Source: Myxococcota bacterium
Lineage (GTDB): Bacteria; Myxococcota_A; UBA9160; SZUA-336
DNA: 64,000 nucleotides
Reading direction: 5' to 3'
Assembly: GCA_965247115.1 (NCBI GenBank)
Contig: CBDFGR010000002.1
Span: forward strand, 192,001-256,000
Shown here: positions 9,281-19,242 of the stretch, in pieces
How positions within the stretch are numbered: the stretch's first letter is position 1
How the letters are laid out: each line of letters begins with the position of its first letter
Notes under the pieces: generated by a model
Told to the model about the DNA's origin: nothing
Databases searched by the model: none
What the model saw: only the letters and a program-made list of their open reading frames with translations
Made by a program: the position numbers and the translations under genes

Positions 9281-10248
9281 GCTCGCAGGCGCTGATAAGC
9301 CTCGGGCTCCTGCTCGTTGCAACCGCCCTGCTCTGGAAGGGGGCAGAGTGGACGGTGGTCTCGGCCTGCCGCATCGCGCGGCGCATCAACGTGTCCGATG
9401 CGTTGATCGGCACCACCATCGTCGCGCTCGGAACCTCCGCCCCGGAGATTGTCGTGACCCTGGTCGCGGCCCTGAACGGGCAACCCGATATATCCGTGGG
9501 AAACGTGGTTGGCTCGAACATCTTCAACCTCGGCTTCATCCTGGGAGGTTGCGCGCTGTTCACCGTCATTCCCACGACGCGCAGCCTCGTCATGCGAGAC
9601 ACCGCGGTCCTGCTCCTGGCCGCGACGCTGCTGCTCGTACTGCTGGGCGACAACCTACTCTCGCGCGGGGAGGGTGTCTTGATGGTCTCGCTCCTGGTCG
9701 GGTACATGCTGTTCCTCACCCTGCGCAGGGCCGACCCTGCGCACGAAGAGGAGGAGGTCTCGCTCGAGAGGGCAACCGCGATCGACTTCATCATGCTCGT
9801 GATCGGGCTGGGCGCCGTGATCGGCGGGGCCCACATGCTGGTGCAGTCGGCGTCGGCACTCGCAGCGCGCGTGGGCCTCTCCGAATGGAAGATCGGAGTC
9901 ACCATTGTGGCTGGCGGAACCTCGTTGCCCGAACTCGCCACGTCGATCGCAGCGGCGCGCCGGGGCCGCACGGGACTGATCGCGGGAACCCTGATCGGCA
10001 GCGACCTGTTCAACCTGCTCGGCGTGCTGGGGCTGGCTGCGTTTCTCCACCCGCTTCAGGTGAACCCGATCGCGACGCCGGGTGTCGTCATGATGACGAT
10101 GATGGTCGCCTTCGTGCTTCTGTTCATGCGCACGGGCTGGCGCCTGACCCGCCTGGAAGGACTCATGCTGGTCGCACTCGCGTTGGTACGCTGGAGCCGC
10201 GACCTGGCTCCACAGGTCTGGGGGCTCGCTCCTGGTGTGTGGTATTGA
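9277..10248 (+). CDS. Calcium/sodium antiporter (CaCA, YrbG-like)
   Basis: Two alpha repeats GTSAPE / GTSLPE with GNVVGSNIFN and GTLIGSDLFN. Confidence 0.9.
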   Translation: MSSQALISLGLLLVATALLWKGAEWTVVSACRIARRINVSDALIGTTIVALGTSAPEIVVTLVAALNGQPDISVGNVVGSNIFNLGFILGGCALFTVIPTTRSLVMRDTAVLLLAATLLLVLLGDNLLSRGEGVLMVSLLVGYMLFLTLRRADPAHEEEEVSLERATAIDFIMLVIGLGAVIGGAHMLVQSASALAARVGLSEWKIGVTIVAGGTSLPELATSIAAARRGRTGLIAGTLIGSDLFNLLGVLGLAAFLHPLQVNPIATPGVVMMTMMVAFVLLFMRTGWRLTRLEGLMLVALALVRWSRDLAPQVWGLAPGVWY

Positions 10249-10276
10249 GTAACGGAAGCCCCGGCGAGGTGAGCTT

Positions 10277-11521
10277 GTGAAGCTGCAGCTGCACTGGCAG
10301 GTGCTGATCGCGATGGCCCTAGGTGCGGCGTTTGCCGCGCTCTTCGGTGCGGTTCCGTTCGTCGTGTCCCTGGGTGAGATCTTCATGCGTCTGATGCGCA
10401 TGATCATCGTGCCGTTGATCTTCACTTCCATAGTGAGCGGAGTGGCCTCGATCGGGGACGCTCGGAGCCTCGGTCGCCTCGGCGCGAAGACGATCGTCTA
10501 CTACGCGACGACGAGCCTGGCGGCCGTCTTGTTGGGGCTCACCCTTTGCAATCTCATCCAGCCTGGCGCTGGCCTCGAGGCTCCGAGTATCGAGCAGATC
10601 CGACCGGAGGACCTGGAGACGCCCGGCTCCCTCGCCGAGATCATCATTCGAATGATCCCGCTCAATCCGATCGAGGCGGCTGCCTCCATGGACATCCTCG
10701 GTCTGATCTTCTTCTGCATCTTCTTCGGCGCCACGATTGGCACCATGCACGGCAAAGGCGGAACCACCCTCAGGGACTTCTTCGCCTCCGCTTTCGAGGC
10801 GATGATGAAGCTGACGGGCGTCGTGATCCGGTTCCTTCCGATCGGCGTCTTCGGGCTCATCGTCACCGCTGTGGGCAATGTGGGCTTTGGTGTAATCGCG
10901 CAGGTCGGCAAGTACATGATCACGATCGCATTGGGCCTCACACTTCACATCCTCGTGGTCCTGCCCGCGATCTTCTACCTGCTCACCCGCGTCAGTCCGG
11001 CCGCTCACTACAGAGCCATGGGCTCTGCCATGGCGACGGCTTTCTCCACCAGCTCCTCATCCGTCACGCTGCCAGTGACCATGGCCTGCATCGAGAAGAA
11101 CGCAGGTGTCTCGAACAGGGTGACCAGCTTCGTTCTCCCCATGGGGGCGACGATCAACATGGATGGCACCGCCCTGTACGAGTGCGCGGGCGCGCTGTTC
11201 ATCGCCCAGGCCCTCGGGGTGGACCTGGACCTGACCCAACAGGTGGTGGTCGTGATCACGGCGCTCCTCGCCTCGATCGGCGCCGCGGGCATCCCGTCCG
11301 CCGGGCTGGTAATGATCTTCATCGTCCTCGAGGCGGTGGGGCTCGGGAGCCCGGCGGCGTACGCACTCGTGGGTTTGATGCTAGCCGTCGATCGCCCGCT
11401 CGACATGTATCGCACGATGGTGAACATCACGAGCGACAGCATCGGTGCCGCAGTCATCGCCCGCTCCGAGGGCGAGACCCTGGCCTACGAGACCAGGGAC
11501 CCGACCGAGGCTGCGGCCTAG
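10277..11521 (+). CDS. Dicarboxylate/amino acid:cation symporter (DAACS, GltP-like)
   Basis: AFSTSSSSVTLP, GATINMDGT, SIGAAGIP and DRPLDMYRTMVN motifs. Confidence 0.92.
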   Translation: MKLQLHWQVLIAMALGAAFAALFGAVPFVVSLGEIFMRLMRMIIVPLIFTSIVSGVASIGDARSLGRLGAKTIVYYATTSLAAVLLGLTLCNLIQPGAGLEAPSIEQIRPEDLETPGSLAEIIIRMIPLNPIEAAASMDILGLIFFCIFFGATIGTMHGKGGTTLRDFFASAFEAMMKLTGVVIRFLPIGVFGLIVTAVGNVGFGVIAQVGKYMITIALGLTLHILVVLPAIFYLLTRVSPAAHYRAMGSAMATAFSTSSSSVTLPVTMACIEKNAGVSNRVTSFVLPMGATINMDGTALYECAGALFIAQALGVDLDLTQQVVVVITALLASIGAAGIPSAGLVMIFIVLEAVGLGSPAAYALVGLMLAVDRPLDMYRTMVNITSDSIGAAVIARSEGETLAYETRDPTEAAA

Positions 11522-11528
11522 CTCCTGC

Positions 11529-12764
11529 CTAGAGCTCTTCCAGCTCCAAGAGATCTTCGATCGTCTGGCGGCGCCGGATCAGCCGAACCTCTCGTCCGTC
11601 GATCAGTAGCTCCGGAGCGAGTGGCCGCGAGTTGTAGTTGCTGGCCATCGATGCGGCGTAGGCGCCAGCGTCGTGAAACACGACGAGGTCTCCGACCGTC
11701 GCCGCAGGAAGATCGCGTGGAACGACGACGCCCCCTTCAACCTGCGTGAACACGTCTCCCGACTCGCACAACGGCCCGCCCACCACCGTCGGCTCCGTGG
11801 GCCCGGTTGCGAGTGAGCCCGCGCGGGTGACCACACTCATCTCGTGGTAGCTGCCGTACATGGCCGGCCGCATCAGGTTGTCGAAGCCCGCGTCCACCAG
11901 CACGAAGCGGTTCGGGCCCATGCGCTTGGTGGCGCGAACCTCCGCGACGAGAAGCCCGGCCTCGGCGACCAGGTAACGCCCCGGCTCTAGCTCGAGCGAG
12001 ATCGCGTGCCCGAGGCTCGCCTCAATCCGCTTGCGCGCCGCGTGCCAGAGCAAGAAGAGAGCCTGCGTGTCCAGTGGCGGATCGCTCTCGCGGTACGAAA
12101 TGGGCAGCCCGCCGCCCGCGGAGATCGCCCGCAGATCCAGGTTGAGCGCCCGCACCTGCTCGACCATCGCCTCACAGACCCGCTTCAGATGCTCGAAGTC
12201 CGTGCCCGAACCGATGTGCATGTGAAGACCCTGCAGGTCGAGCCTGTATTTCTCGATGTGGCGAGCCGCCTCATCGAGGTGCTCGTGCCAGATCCCGTGC
12301 TTGCTCCATTCGCCGCCCGTGTTCGTCTTGCGGCTGTGGCCGTGTCCGAAGCCCGGGTTCACGCGAAGCCAGACGCGGTGCCCGGGCTTGCGTCGACCGA
12401 GCTGCTCCAGACTGTCGGCAGAGCCGACGTTGAGCGGCACATCGAGCTCCACAATGCGATCGAGCGCCTGCTCCGTCACGATGTCCGCCGTGTAGACCAC
12501 GCCGGGCCGGTCACCCTCTCCGGTGTAGCCAGCTCGCACCGCGCGCTCGAGCTCGCCGAGCGAGACGGCGTCAACGAGCACTCCCTCGGCGCGCATCAAC
12601 CGCAGGATGTGAAGGTTGGAGCACGCCTTCTGCGCAAACCGGACCACGTCGAACCCGCGCAGACGCTCGATGCGATCGCGGATCAGGCCCGCGTCGTACA
12701 CGTACAGCGGCGTGCCGTACGTCCCGGACAGCTCCCTCACCTGCTCCGCGTCGACGTAGCTCAC
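11529..12764 (-). CDS. lysA: Diaminopimelate decarboxylase
   Basis: YGTPLYVYD, FAQKACSN, HMHIGSG, EPGRYLV, GPLCESGD and MASNYNSRP motifs. Confidence 0.95.
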   Translation of the reverse strand: MSYVDAEQVRELSGTYGTPLYVYDAGLIRDRIERLRGFDVVRFAQKACSNLHILRLMRAEGVLVDAVSLGELERAVRAGYTGEGDRPGVVYTADIVTEQALDRIVELDVPLNVGSADSLEQLGRRKPGHRVWLRVNPGFGHGHSRKTNTGGEWSKHGIWHEHLDEAARHIEKYRLDLQGLHMHIGSGTDFEHLKRVCEAMVEQVRALNLDLRAISAGGGLPISYRESDPPLDTQALFLLWHAARKRIEASLGHAISLELEPGRYLVAEAGLLVAEVRATKRMGPNRFVLVDAGFDNLMRPAMYGSYHEMSVVTRAGSLATGPTEPTVVGGPLCESGDVFTQVEGGVVVPRDLPAATVGDLVVFHDAGAYAASMASNYNSRPLAPELLIDGREVRLIRRRQTIEDLLELEEL

Positions 12765-12798
12765 CCCGAAAAGGGTAGCACGAGCCGGCCTCGCCCGA

Positions 12799-13263
12799 TC
12801 ACATCTGCTCGGCCAGGTAACGTTCCTTGCCGATCTCCTCGATGATGCCGAGTTGGGCCTCGAGATAGTCGAGCCCTTCCTCCTCGTCGTGCAGGATCTC
12901 CTCCAGGAGCTCGCGCGTGCCGTTGTCCGCGTTGTCGCGGCAGATCGCGATCGCCTCGTTCAGACGCTTGACGGCATCCTTCTCCAGCTCCAGGTCCGAG
13001 CGGTGCTGCTCGGGCACGCTCTCGCCGACACGGATGGGGGAGAGGCGCTGCATGTTCGGGATCCCTTCCAGGAACAAGATGCGCTGGATCAAGTGGTCCG
13101 CGTGCTTCATCTCCCCGATCGACTCGCACTTCTTGTTCTCGGCGATCTTCGAGTAGCCCCAGTTCTCGTTCATCTTCGCGTGGATGAAGTACTGGTTGAT
13201 GGCCGTGAGCTCCGCGGTCAGCACCGCGTTCAGCGCCTCGATCACTTCGGGACTGCCCTGCAT
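12799..13263 (-). CDS. bfr: Bacterioferritin
   Basis: MQGSPEVIEALN..ELTAINQYFIHA..ESIGEMKHAD..RILFLEG. Confidence 0.92.
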   Translation of the reverse strand: MQGSPEVIEALNAVLTAELTAINQYFIHAKMNENWGYSKIAENKKCESIGEMKHADHLIQRILFLEGIPNMQRLSPIRVGESVPEQHRSDLELEKDAVKRLNEAIAICRDNADNGTRELLEEILHDEEEGLDYLEAQLGIIEEIGKERYLAEQM

Positions 13264-13425
13264 CACCCTCCCCCTTGCGAGTATCTGGCGTCGTGCTGCG
13301 AGGATGCGGCGCAGCATGCAGGATGTCAACGTAACTGTTTGATCTACCTGACAAATTGCGACAGGTACTGCTTCTCTATCTCAGCTCCGGTGCCCTTCCG
13401 GCGCTGCTATGATCCGTGAGGTCCG

Positions 13426-13986
13426 ATGCATCGCAAGCCTCTGCTCGACCAGCTCGAACGCTATCTCACGGTCCATCCAGACGACCGGGTCCGGGTCGAT
13501 CACGTGCGCCAGTTCGTCCGCGTCCACGCGGACTGCTTCGAACGCAGCTGTCAGGACGGCCATGTCACGGGCTCGGCCTGGATCGTCTCGCCCGACCACT
13601 CGAAGTTTCTGCTCACCCATCACAGGAAATTCGACCGCTGGCTGCAGCTCGGAGGACACTCGGACGGTGATCCGGATGCGCTGCGGGTGGCGCTGCGCGA
13701 GGCCCGAGAAGAGTCAGGACTGACCCGGCTCGGCGTCCACTCGAGCGACGGCGTGGATCTCCCGCTCGACGTCGACGTGCACCTGGTGCCTGCGAGCGGA
13801 GGGGAGCCCGCGCACTTGCACCACGACATCCGCTACCTGCTGGTCGCGGCAGTGGACCAAGGGCTGCGGGTGAGCGACGAGTCGATCGAGTTGCGCTGGT
13901 TCGCGCAGGAGCGCGCCGACGAGATCCTCCCGGAGGCGGGCCTGCTACGCATGGCCCGCAGGGCCCGGGAGCTCCTGCGGAGGTGA
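13426..13986 (+). CDS. NUDIX hydrolase
   Basis: GHVTGSAWIV, WLQLGGHSDG..ALREAREESGL Nudix box, HLHHDIRYL. Confidence 0.9.
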   Translation: MHRKPLLDQLERYLTVHPDDRVRVDHVRQFVRVHADCFERSCQDGHVTGSAWIVSPDHSKFLLTHHRKFDRWLQLGGHSDGDPDALRVALREAREESGLTRLGVHSSDGVDLPLDVDVHLVPASGGEPAHLHHDIRYLLVAAVDQGLRVSDESIELRWFAQERADEILPEAGLLRMARRARELLRR

Positions 13987-13993
13987 CACCGCG

Positions 13994-14770
13994 TCAGCTC
14001 GCCTGGAAGTCCTTGTAGGGAGTCACGCCCCGGACCACGCCCTTGTCCCTGAGCTCGCCGATCGTGAGCACGTGACCCGTGTAATCGATCGGCTGGCGTG
14101 CGATCCAGAGGGCGGCATCCGACATGATCACCGGGTGCTCGAACTCCATGGTCGACATGTCGGCCAGCGTGTCCGTGTAGCCCTCGCTCCAGACATTGAG
14201 CTCGAGCCGCAGCACGTTGACGGCCACCTTGTTCGCGAGTGATACGGCCAGCGACTGAGACATACCCTCGAGAGCGAGCTTGGTGGCGGTGTAGTTCGCC
14301 CTCTCGAACTCGGGACTCAAAGCCGCGCCGGACGAGACGTTGATGACCCGACCCTCGCCCGCTTCGATCATGCGGGGGCAGATCGCGTGCATCAGGTAGA
14401 AGGGGCCGTTCAGGTTCACGTCAACGCCGAGTCGCCAGCGCTTGGTCGTGTCCTCGAGCGCCGGTGTTGGTGGGGCGACGGCGGCATTGTTGATGAGCAG
14501 ATCGCAGCGTCCCCAGTCCGCGTACACGCGCTGGGTCAGCGCGTTCACGCCTTCCTCGTCCCGCACGTCGAGCGGAGCCACCATCGCCCGACGTCCGGTC
14601 TCCTCGACGAGCTTCGCGGTCTCGTCGATGGATCCAGGCAGCTTGGACGGATGGGCGCTCGTGGAGCGCGCCGCGCAGACGACATCGTAGCCCGCTCCCG
14701 CCAGATCTATGCAGAGCTGCTTGCCAATGCCGCGGCTGGCTCCGGTAACGAGAGCGACGGGCGCGGTCAT
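13994..14770 (-). CDS. SDR-family oxidoreductase
   Basis: TGASRGIG, NNAA and YTATK motifs. Confidence 0.9.
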   Translation of the reverse strand: MTAPVALVTGASRGIGKQLCIDLAGAGYDVVCAARSTSAHPSKLPGSIDETAKLVEETGRRAMVAPLDVRDEEGVNALTQRVYADWGRCDLLINNAAVAPPTPALEDTTKRWRLGVDVNLNGPFYLMHAICPRMIEAGEGRVINVSSGAALSPEFERANYTATKLALEGMSQSLAVSLANKVAVNVLRLELNVWSEGYTDTLADMSTMEFEHPVIMSDAALWIARQPIDYTGHVLTIGELRDKGVVRGVTPYKDFQAS

Positions 14771-14887
14771 GTTCTCCTCCTTGACTGGTGGTCCCGATCC
14801 TACCGCATCGGGTCCGGTCTGCGCAGGCTCCGCGGGCGCTGCTCACGCGGGTCAGATCGGGCCCCGTCGCGCCGATAGAGAGCGGCG

Positions 14888-15667
14888 ATGGACCTCGCCA
14901 CCATCATCGGCATCGTGCTGGGCTTCGGCCTGATCGTCGGGGCCATCCTCCTCGACGGTTCGCTGACGGCGTTCATGAACCTTCCCGGCGCCCTGGTCGT
15001 GATCGGAGGCACGATCGCCGCGACGCTGATCAAGCAGAAGCTACGGAGCGTGCTCGCCGCATTCAGTGTCGCGAAGCAGGCGTTCCTGTTTCGGCTCCCC
15101 CCCATCGAGGAGCTCGTCTGCAAGCTCCACGAGCTCTGCGAGCTCGCCCGCAAGGACGGCGTACTCGCCCTGGAGGAGGTCGAGGTAAAGGATGCCTTTC
15201 TCGCCCGCGCCCTGGTCATGGCGATCGACGGGCTCGACGCGGACTTCGTCGTCTCAAACCTGCGCCGCGACGCGGCCTCGCTCCTGGGCCGACACCAGAG
15301 CGGGCAGCAGGTCTTTCGATTCATGGCTTCGACCGCGCCGTCGATGGGCATGATCGGCACTCTGATCGGCCTCGTGAACATGCTGCAGACGCTGGATGAT
15401 CCCGCCTCGATCGGGCCGGCCATGGCGGTGGCGCTGCTCACGACCTTCTACGGCGCAGTGCTGGCATTCCTGGTCTTCGGCCCGATCGCGGAGAAGCTCG
15501 AAGCGCGCACGAAAGAGGAGCTGCTGCGCAGGAATCTCGTCATCGCCGGCATCGAGTCGGTCATCTGTCGCCACAACAGGAACCTGACCCAGACGCATCT
15601 CGATGCGTACCTCGCTCCCAGACAGCGCCAGGCGTCGAGCCCAGACGGGGGGCAGGACCGACGGTGA
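14888..15667 (+). CDS. motA: Flagellar-type motor stator subunit A (MotA/PomA family)
   Basis: MDLATIIG, ARKDGVLALEE, APSMGMIGTLIGLVNML and AVALLTTFYG motifs. Confidence 0.88.
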   Translation: MDLATIIGIVLGFGLIVGAILLDGSLTAFMNLPGALVVIGGTIAATLIKQKLRSVLAAFSVAKQAFLFRLPPIEELVCKLHELCELARKDGVLALEEVEVKDAFLARALVMAIDGLDADFVVSNLRRDAASLLGRHQSGQQVFRFMASTAPSMGMIGTLIGLVNMLQTLDDPASIGPAMAVALLTTFYGAVLAFLVFGPIAEKLEARTKEELLRRNLVIAGIESVICRHNRNLTQTHLDAYLAPRQRQASSPDGGQDRR

Positions 15668-16419
15668 GCGAGGAGAGCTTCGAGACGGAGGAGACGCTGC
15701 CGGCTGCGGGAGCACCGGCCTGGATGGCCACCTTCGCGGACATGATGACTCTCCTGCTCTGCTTCTTCGTGCTCATGCTCTCCTTTGCCTCGATCGACAT
15801 CGTCAAGTTCCGCGACATGCTGGGCTCGATGGAAGAGGCCTTCGGCGCGGTCCGGGTCGATCCGGGGCCGTGGGACGCGGCCACGTCGGTACCGGTGGAG
15901 CTTTCTGGCCAGGACACCCTCGTGCCGCCTCCCTCGGAGCCGGCCGCGGAACTGCCCACAGGAAATCCCGAGCTCGCGCGCGGCATGCGCGAGCTGACGG
16001 AGCGCGCCGAGCTCCAGGGGCTGGTGCGAAGCGTGTACACGGATCGCGGGCTCACCCTGCGCATGGAGGGCTCGTTCATGTTCGAGTCCGGGTCGGACGA
16101 GATCCGACTGGGCGCGATGACGCTGCTCGACGAGATCGCCGTCCTCGCGGAGAGCTCCGACCAGCTGATCTCTGTGGAAGGACACACCGACGACGTGCCG
16201 ATTCGCAGCGCCCAGTTTCCGACGAACTGGCACCTGTCGACGGCGCGCGCGGTCGCAGGCGTGCTCCACCTGACCGGTCCCGGCAAGCTCGATCCGGCGC
16301 GGCTCCGCGCTACGGGCTTCGCGCACACTCGCCCTGTCGCCTGGGGCCAGAGCGACGAGGCGCGCAGGGAGAACCGTCGGCTGGAGATCGTCTTTCACAC
16401 GCCCAACGCTCCGCGCTGA
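15664..16419 (+). CDS. motB: Motor stator subunit B (MotB/PomB, OmpA-like peptidoglycan-binding domain)
   Basis: WMATFADMMTLLLCFFVL TM with conserved Asp; VEGHTDD, NWHLSTARA and NRRLEI motifs. Confidence 0.88.
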   Translation: MSEESFETEETLPAAGAPAWMATFADMMTLLLCFFVLMLSFASIDIVKFRDMLGSMEEAFGAVRVDPGPWDAATSVPVELSGQDTLVPPPSEPAAELPTGNPELARGMRELTERAELQGLVRSVYTDRGLTLRMEGSFMFESGSDEIRLGAMTLLDEIAVLAESSDQLISVEGHTDDVPIRSAQFPTNWHLSTARAVAGVLHLTGPGKLDPARLRATGFAHTRPVAWGQSDEARRENRRLEIVFHTPNAPR

Positions 16420-16440
16420 GCGCGTTGGGAGCGGTGGCCG

Positions 16441-17601
16441 TCAGCCGTCGAGCAGGTGCTCGAGGTTGCCGGCGTAAAAGCGCTCCCGGGTCTGGTCTCC
16501 CAGGTCCCCGAGCGAGCGCTCGAAGCGCGCCAGCGGGTCCCTTCCGCCCTCGGCGTGCGGGTAGTCGCTCGAGAACAGATAGAGCTCGTCGTTGGACTCG
16601 CGGATCAGCTGACCCACGTCTTCGAACGCGTAGGGGGTGAAGCGAAGCTGCTCGCGGATCTGCTCGGATGGGCGGCGCCCCATCTCTCCCAGCTGCGGCT
16701 CGGAGCGCGACCAGATCTCCACTGCATGGTCCAGACGACGGAGCATGGCCGGTACCCAGCCGGCGCCAACCTCGATGCAGCCTCCGCGCAGTCCGGGAAA
16801 GCGTTCGAGCACTCCGTCCAGAACGAGCACCGAAAGAAAGCGCTCGTAGGGCTGATAGATCACGCTCAGATCCTTCGACCCGATCACCTCGGGCCCGCCG
16901 CGAGCGCTCCGCCACTCCGGGTGCCCGTCGTTCATCCACTCGGGAGCGATCGAGAGGGGCGCGCTGCCCACATGCAGGATGAACGGAAGGCGCGCCGCGG
17001 CGAGACGCTCCCAGAACGGGTCGTGCTCCGGGTGGCCCGGCGAGCGCCCGCCTGGCGCGCGCGCGGGAATCCAGAGCGCGCCGATCCCGGCCTCGAGCGC
17101 CGCATCGACTTCTGCCAGCGCAGCGGGAACGTCATCCAGCATGACAAGGCCAACGCCGAGCAGCCGAGCATCGGCGGAGCAGAACTCGCCCATCGCCCGG
17201 TTGTGCGCCCGCGCAGCGCTGTATCCGAGCTCCCTGTCCTCGGCACCGAAGATCTGCGTGGCCGTGAACGAAGAGAAGATCACCTGTCGCTCAAAGCCCA
17301 GCAGATCGAGTGCCCGGCCACGCTCCGCGCCGTTGAAGGCTCCGAGGGCGGCGTACCACTTGGGACCACGCAGCAGATCGTCACCGCGCGCCAGCAGCTC
17401 GTCCACCACCTGCGGTGTGTGTGCGGGAGGTCCGGCTCCCCGCAGGAGCTCGACGTCGTCGAGCCCGAACGATTCGCCCCCGCCGATGACCTGGTGGAGG
17501 CGCTCCCGAGTAGCCCGGTCTGCGTGTGCGGGCAGGAAGTCTGGAAGCTCCATGAGGTGGCTGTCCGCATCCAGGATGCGGCGCGTGCCGGCGTAGCTCA
17601 T
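16441..17601 (-). CDS. Amidohydrolase family protein (Amidohydro_2)
   Basis: LDADSH, ILHVG, ERFPGLR..IEVGAGW and FSSDYPHAEG motifs. Confidence 0.88.
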   Translation of the reverse strand: MSYAGTRRILDADSHLMELPDFLPAHADRATRERLHQVIGGGESFGLDDVELLRGAGPPAHTPQVVDELLARGDDLLRGPKWYAALGAFNGAERGRALDLLGFERQVIFSSFTATQIFGAEDRELGYSAARAHNRAMGEFCSADARLLGVGLVMLDDVPAALAEVDAALEAGIGALWIPARAPGGRSPGHPEHDPFWERLAAARLPFILHVGSAPLSIAPEWMNDGHPEWRSARGGPEVIGSKDLSVIYQPYERFLSVLVLDGVLERFPGLRGGCIEVGAGWVPAMLRRLDHAVEIWSRSEPQLGEMGRRPSEQIREQLRFTPYAFEDVGQLIRESNDELYLFSSDYPHAEGGRDPLARFERSLGDLGDQTRERFYAGNLEHLLDG

Positions 17602-17610
17602 GCGGTTATT

Positions 17611-17788
17611 CGTGAGCGAGCGACGGGCGCGGCCGTTCGGAGATCCGGTCCCTACATGAAGTAGGTGGGCGCCGCATGTTCACTCCGAGCGTCCCGTCGG
17701 GCGGGCTTGCTCTTCTGCTCCCAGTGGTGGCTCCCGTGACGAACATTGTAGGCGGATCTCCGGAGCCGCACCCGACGGCTCGCTCACG
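17611..17788 (-). ncRNA. ssrS: 6S RNA
   Basis: About 180-nt rod-like fold: CGTGAGCGAGC/GCTCGCTCACG, CGGAGATCCG/CGGATCTCCG and CCTACA/TGTAGG stems with an internal bubble; minus strand carries GGGAGCC and GCGGCGCCCACCT, the motifs bordering the bubble in 6S RNAs. Confidence 0.75.
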
Positions 17789-17791
17789 GAC

Positions 17792-17800
17792 ATCCTAGCA
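17792..17800 (-). promoter_or_regulatory. Extended -10 promoter element for the 6S-like RNA
   Basis: Minus strand TGCTAGGAT immediately upstream of the closing stem. Confidence 0.5.
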
Positions 17801-17840
17801 CCGTCGCTGCACCCGTACACAACGGTCCGCACAAGCGAGG

Positions 17841-18221
17841 CTAGCGTCGACGCCTGCGGCCCAGGTCGTCGCTCCATTCGTAGTGGTGGAGCGTCCTCCC
17901 CCGTCTCCTCGCCTCCACGCGGGCAGCACGCAGGAACAGCCGTCGTGCTCTGCGGAACTCACCAGCGCGCAACGCCCGCTGCGAGGCGCGACTCAGGCGT
18001 TCCCGCTGCGCGACCAGTCGCCGGTCGCGGCGGTGCTCCGCCCTGGCGACCCGTGGGTACGCGATGTCGGGATGTCCGAGCCTCAGGTGGAAGCTGCCAT
18101 CGCGCGTGGCGCCGATCTGGATGTACGGGGCGCCGTGTTCGGCGGCAGCCTCGCCCGGTGTGGCAGCCGCGCAAAGCAGCACCACGGAGAACAACAGTCC
18201 CGGTCGAATCAATCTACGCAT
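17841..18221 (-). CDS. Hypothetical secreted Arg-rich protein
   Basis: Signal-peptide-like MRRLIRPGLLFSVVLLCAAA; fills an otherwise empty gap; no recognised domain. Confidence 0.45.
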   Translation of the reverse strand: MRRLIRPGLLFSVVLLCAAATPGEAAAEHGAPYIQIGATRDGSFHLRLGHPDIAYPRVARAEHRRDRRLVAQRERLSRASQRALRAGEFRRARRLFLRAARVEARRRGRTLHHYEWSDDLGRRRRR

Positions 18222-18387
18222 TTCTGTTTCTCCCATCGGAAGCTCGCGAACGTCTCGCGGTCTGTTCGTTCGGACTCCCAGTCCGGGCCGAGCCTTCGAG
18301 GAGCGACGGGCTTTCTGCCACGGCTGCCGCAGCTGTTTCATGGCGCGCTGAAACAGGCGCTCGAGCCAGTTCAGGTACACTGTAGGA

Positions 18388-19182
18388 GTGAGGCTCGAGG
18401 GCAAGGCTGCGATCGTCGTGGGCGCCGGTCAGACCCCAGGGGAGACGATCGGGAACGGGCGCGCTACTGCCATCCTGTTCGCGCGGGAAGGGGCGCGGGT
18501 CATGCTCGTGGACCGCGACCTCGACTCCGCCAGCGAAACCGAGAAACTGATCCGGGACGAAGGGGGCGAGTGCTTCTGCTTCGAAGCCGACATCACCAGC
18601 GCGTCGAGCTGCGAGGCCATGGCCGCAGCGTGTGTGAAGGAGTACGGGCGAATCGACATCCTCCACAACAACGTGGGCATCGGAGAGGGAGACGCGGGCG
18701 TCACCCGCCTCCGCGAGGAGGCGTGGAACCGCATTCTCGACGTCAACCTGAAGGCAATGTTCCTGAGCTGCAAGCACGTGCTGCCGACGCTGCGGGAGCA
18801 GCGCTCCGGCGCGATCGTGAACATCTCGTCCATCGCCGCGGTGGCCGCTGCTGGAATGGTCGCCTACAAGGTCTCGAAGGCGGGTGTCAACGCTCTCACG
18901 CACGCGATCGCGACTTCCGGAGCCAGGTACGGTATCCGTGCCAACGCGATCATGCCTGGCTTGATGCACACGCCCATGGCGATCGAGGGTCTGCTTCAGG
19001 CGCGCGACATCTCCCGCGAAGAGCTCATCAAGAGCCGCGATGCGCAGGTCCCGCTCGGCGGAAAGATGGGTTCCGCCTGGGACGTTGCGTACGCCGCGCT
19101 CTTCCTGGCGTCCGACGAGGCGCGCTTCATCACGGGCGTGATTCTCCCAGTAGATGGTGGACAGAGTGCCCGGATCGGCTAG
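18388..19182 (+). CDS. SDR-family oxidoreductase
   Basis: GKAAIVVGAG, HNNVG, YKVSK and ITGVILPVDGG motifs. Confidence 0.9.
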   Translation: MRLEGKAAIVVGAGQTPGETIGNGRATAILFAREGARVMLVDRDLDSASETEKLIRDEGGECFCFEADITSASSCEAMAAACVKEYGRIDILHNNVGIGEGDAGVTRLREEAWNRILDVNLKAMFLSCKHVLPTLREQRSGAIVNISSIAAVAAAGMVAYKVSKAGVNALTHAIATSGARYGIRANAIMPGLMHTPMAIEGLLQARDISREELIKSRDAQVPLGGKMGSAWDVAYAALFLASDEARFITGVILPVDGGQSARIG

Positions 19183-19242
19183 ATCGAACTCTTCCCGGCG
19201 AGAGTTCGCAGCATTTTCCGCTGAGTCCTCGGAGGGGGCGGC

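Noticed and set aside
14888..16419. Zorya ZorAB defence system
   Set aside because: The A subunit is normal MotA/PomA length without a long tail, and no zorC/D/E genes are adjacent
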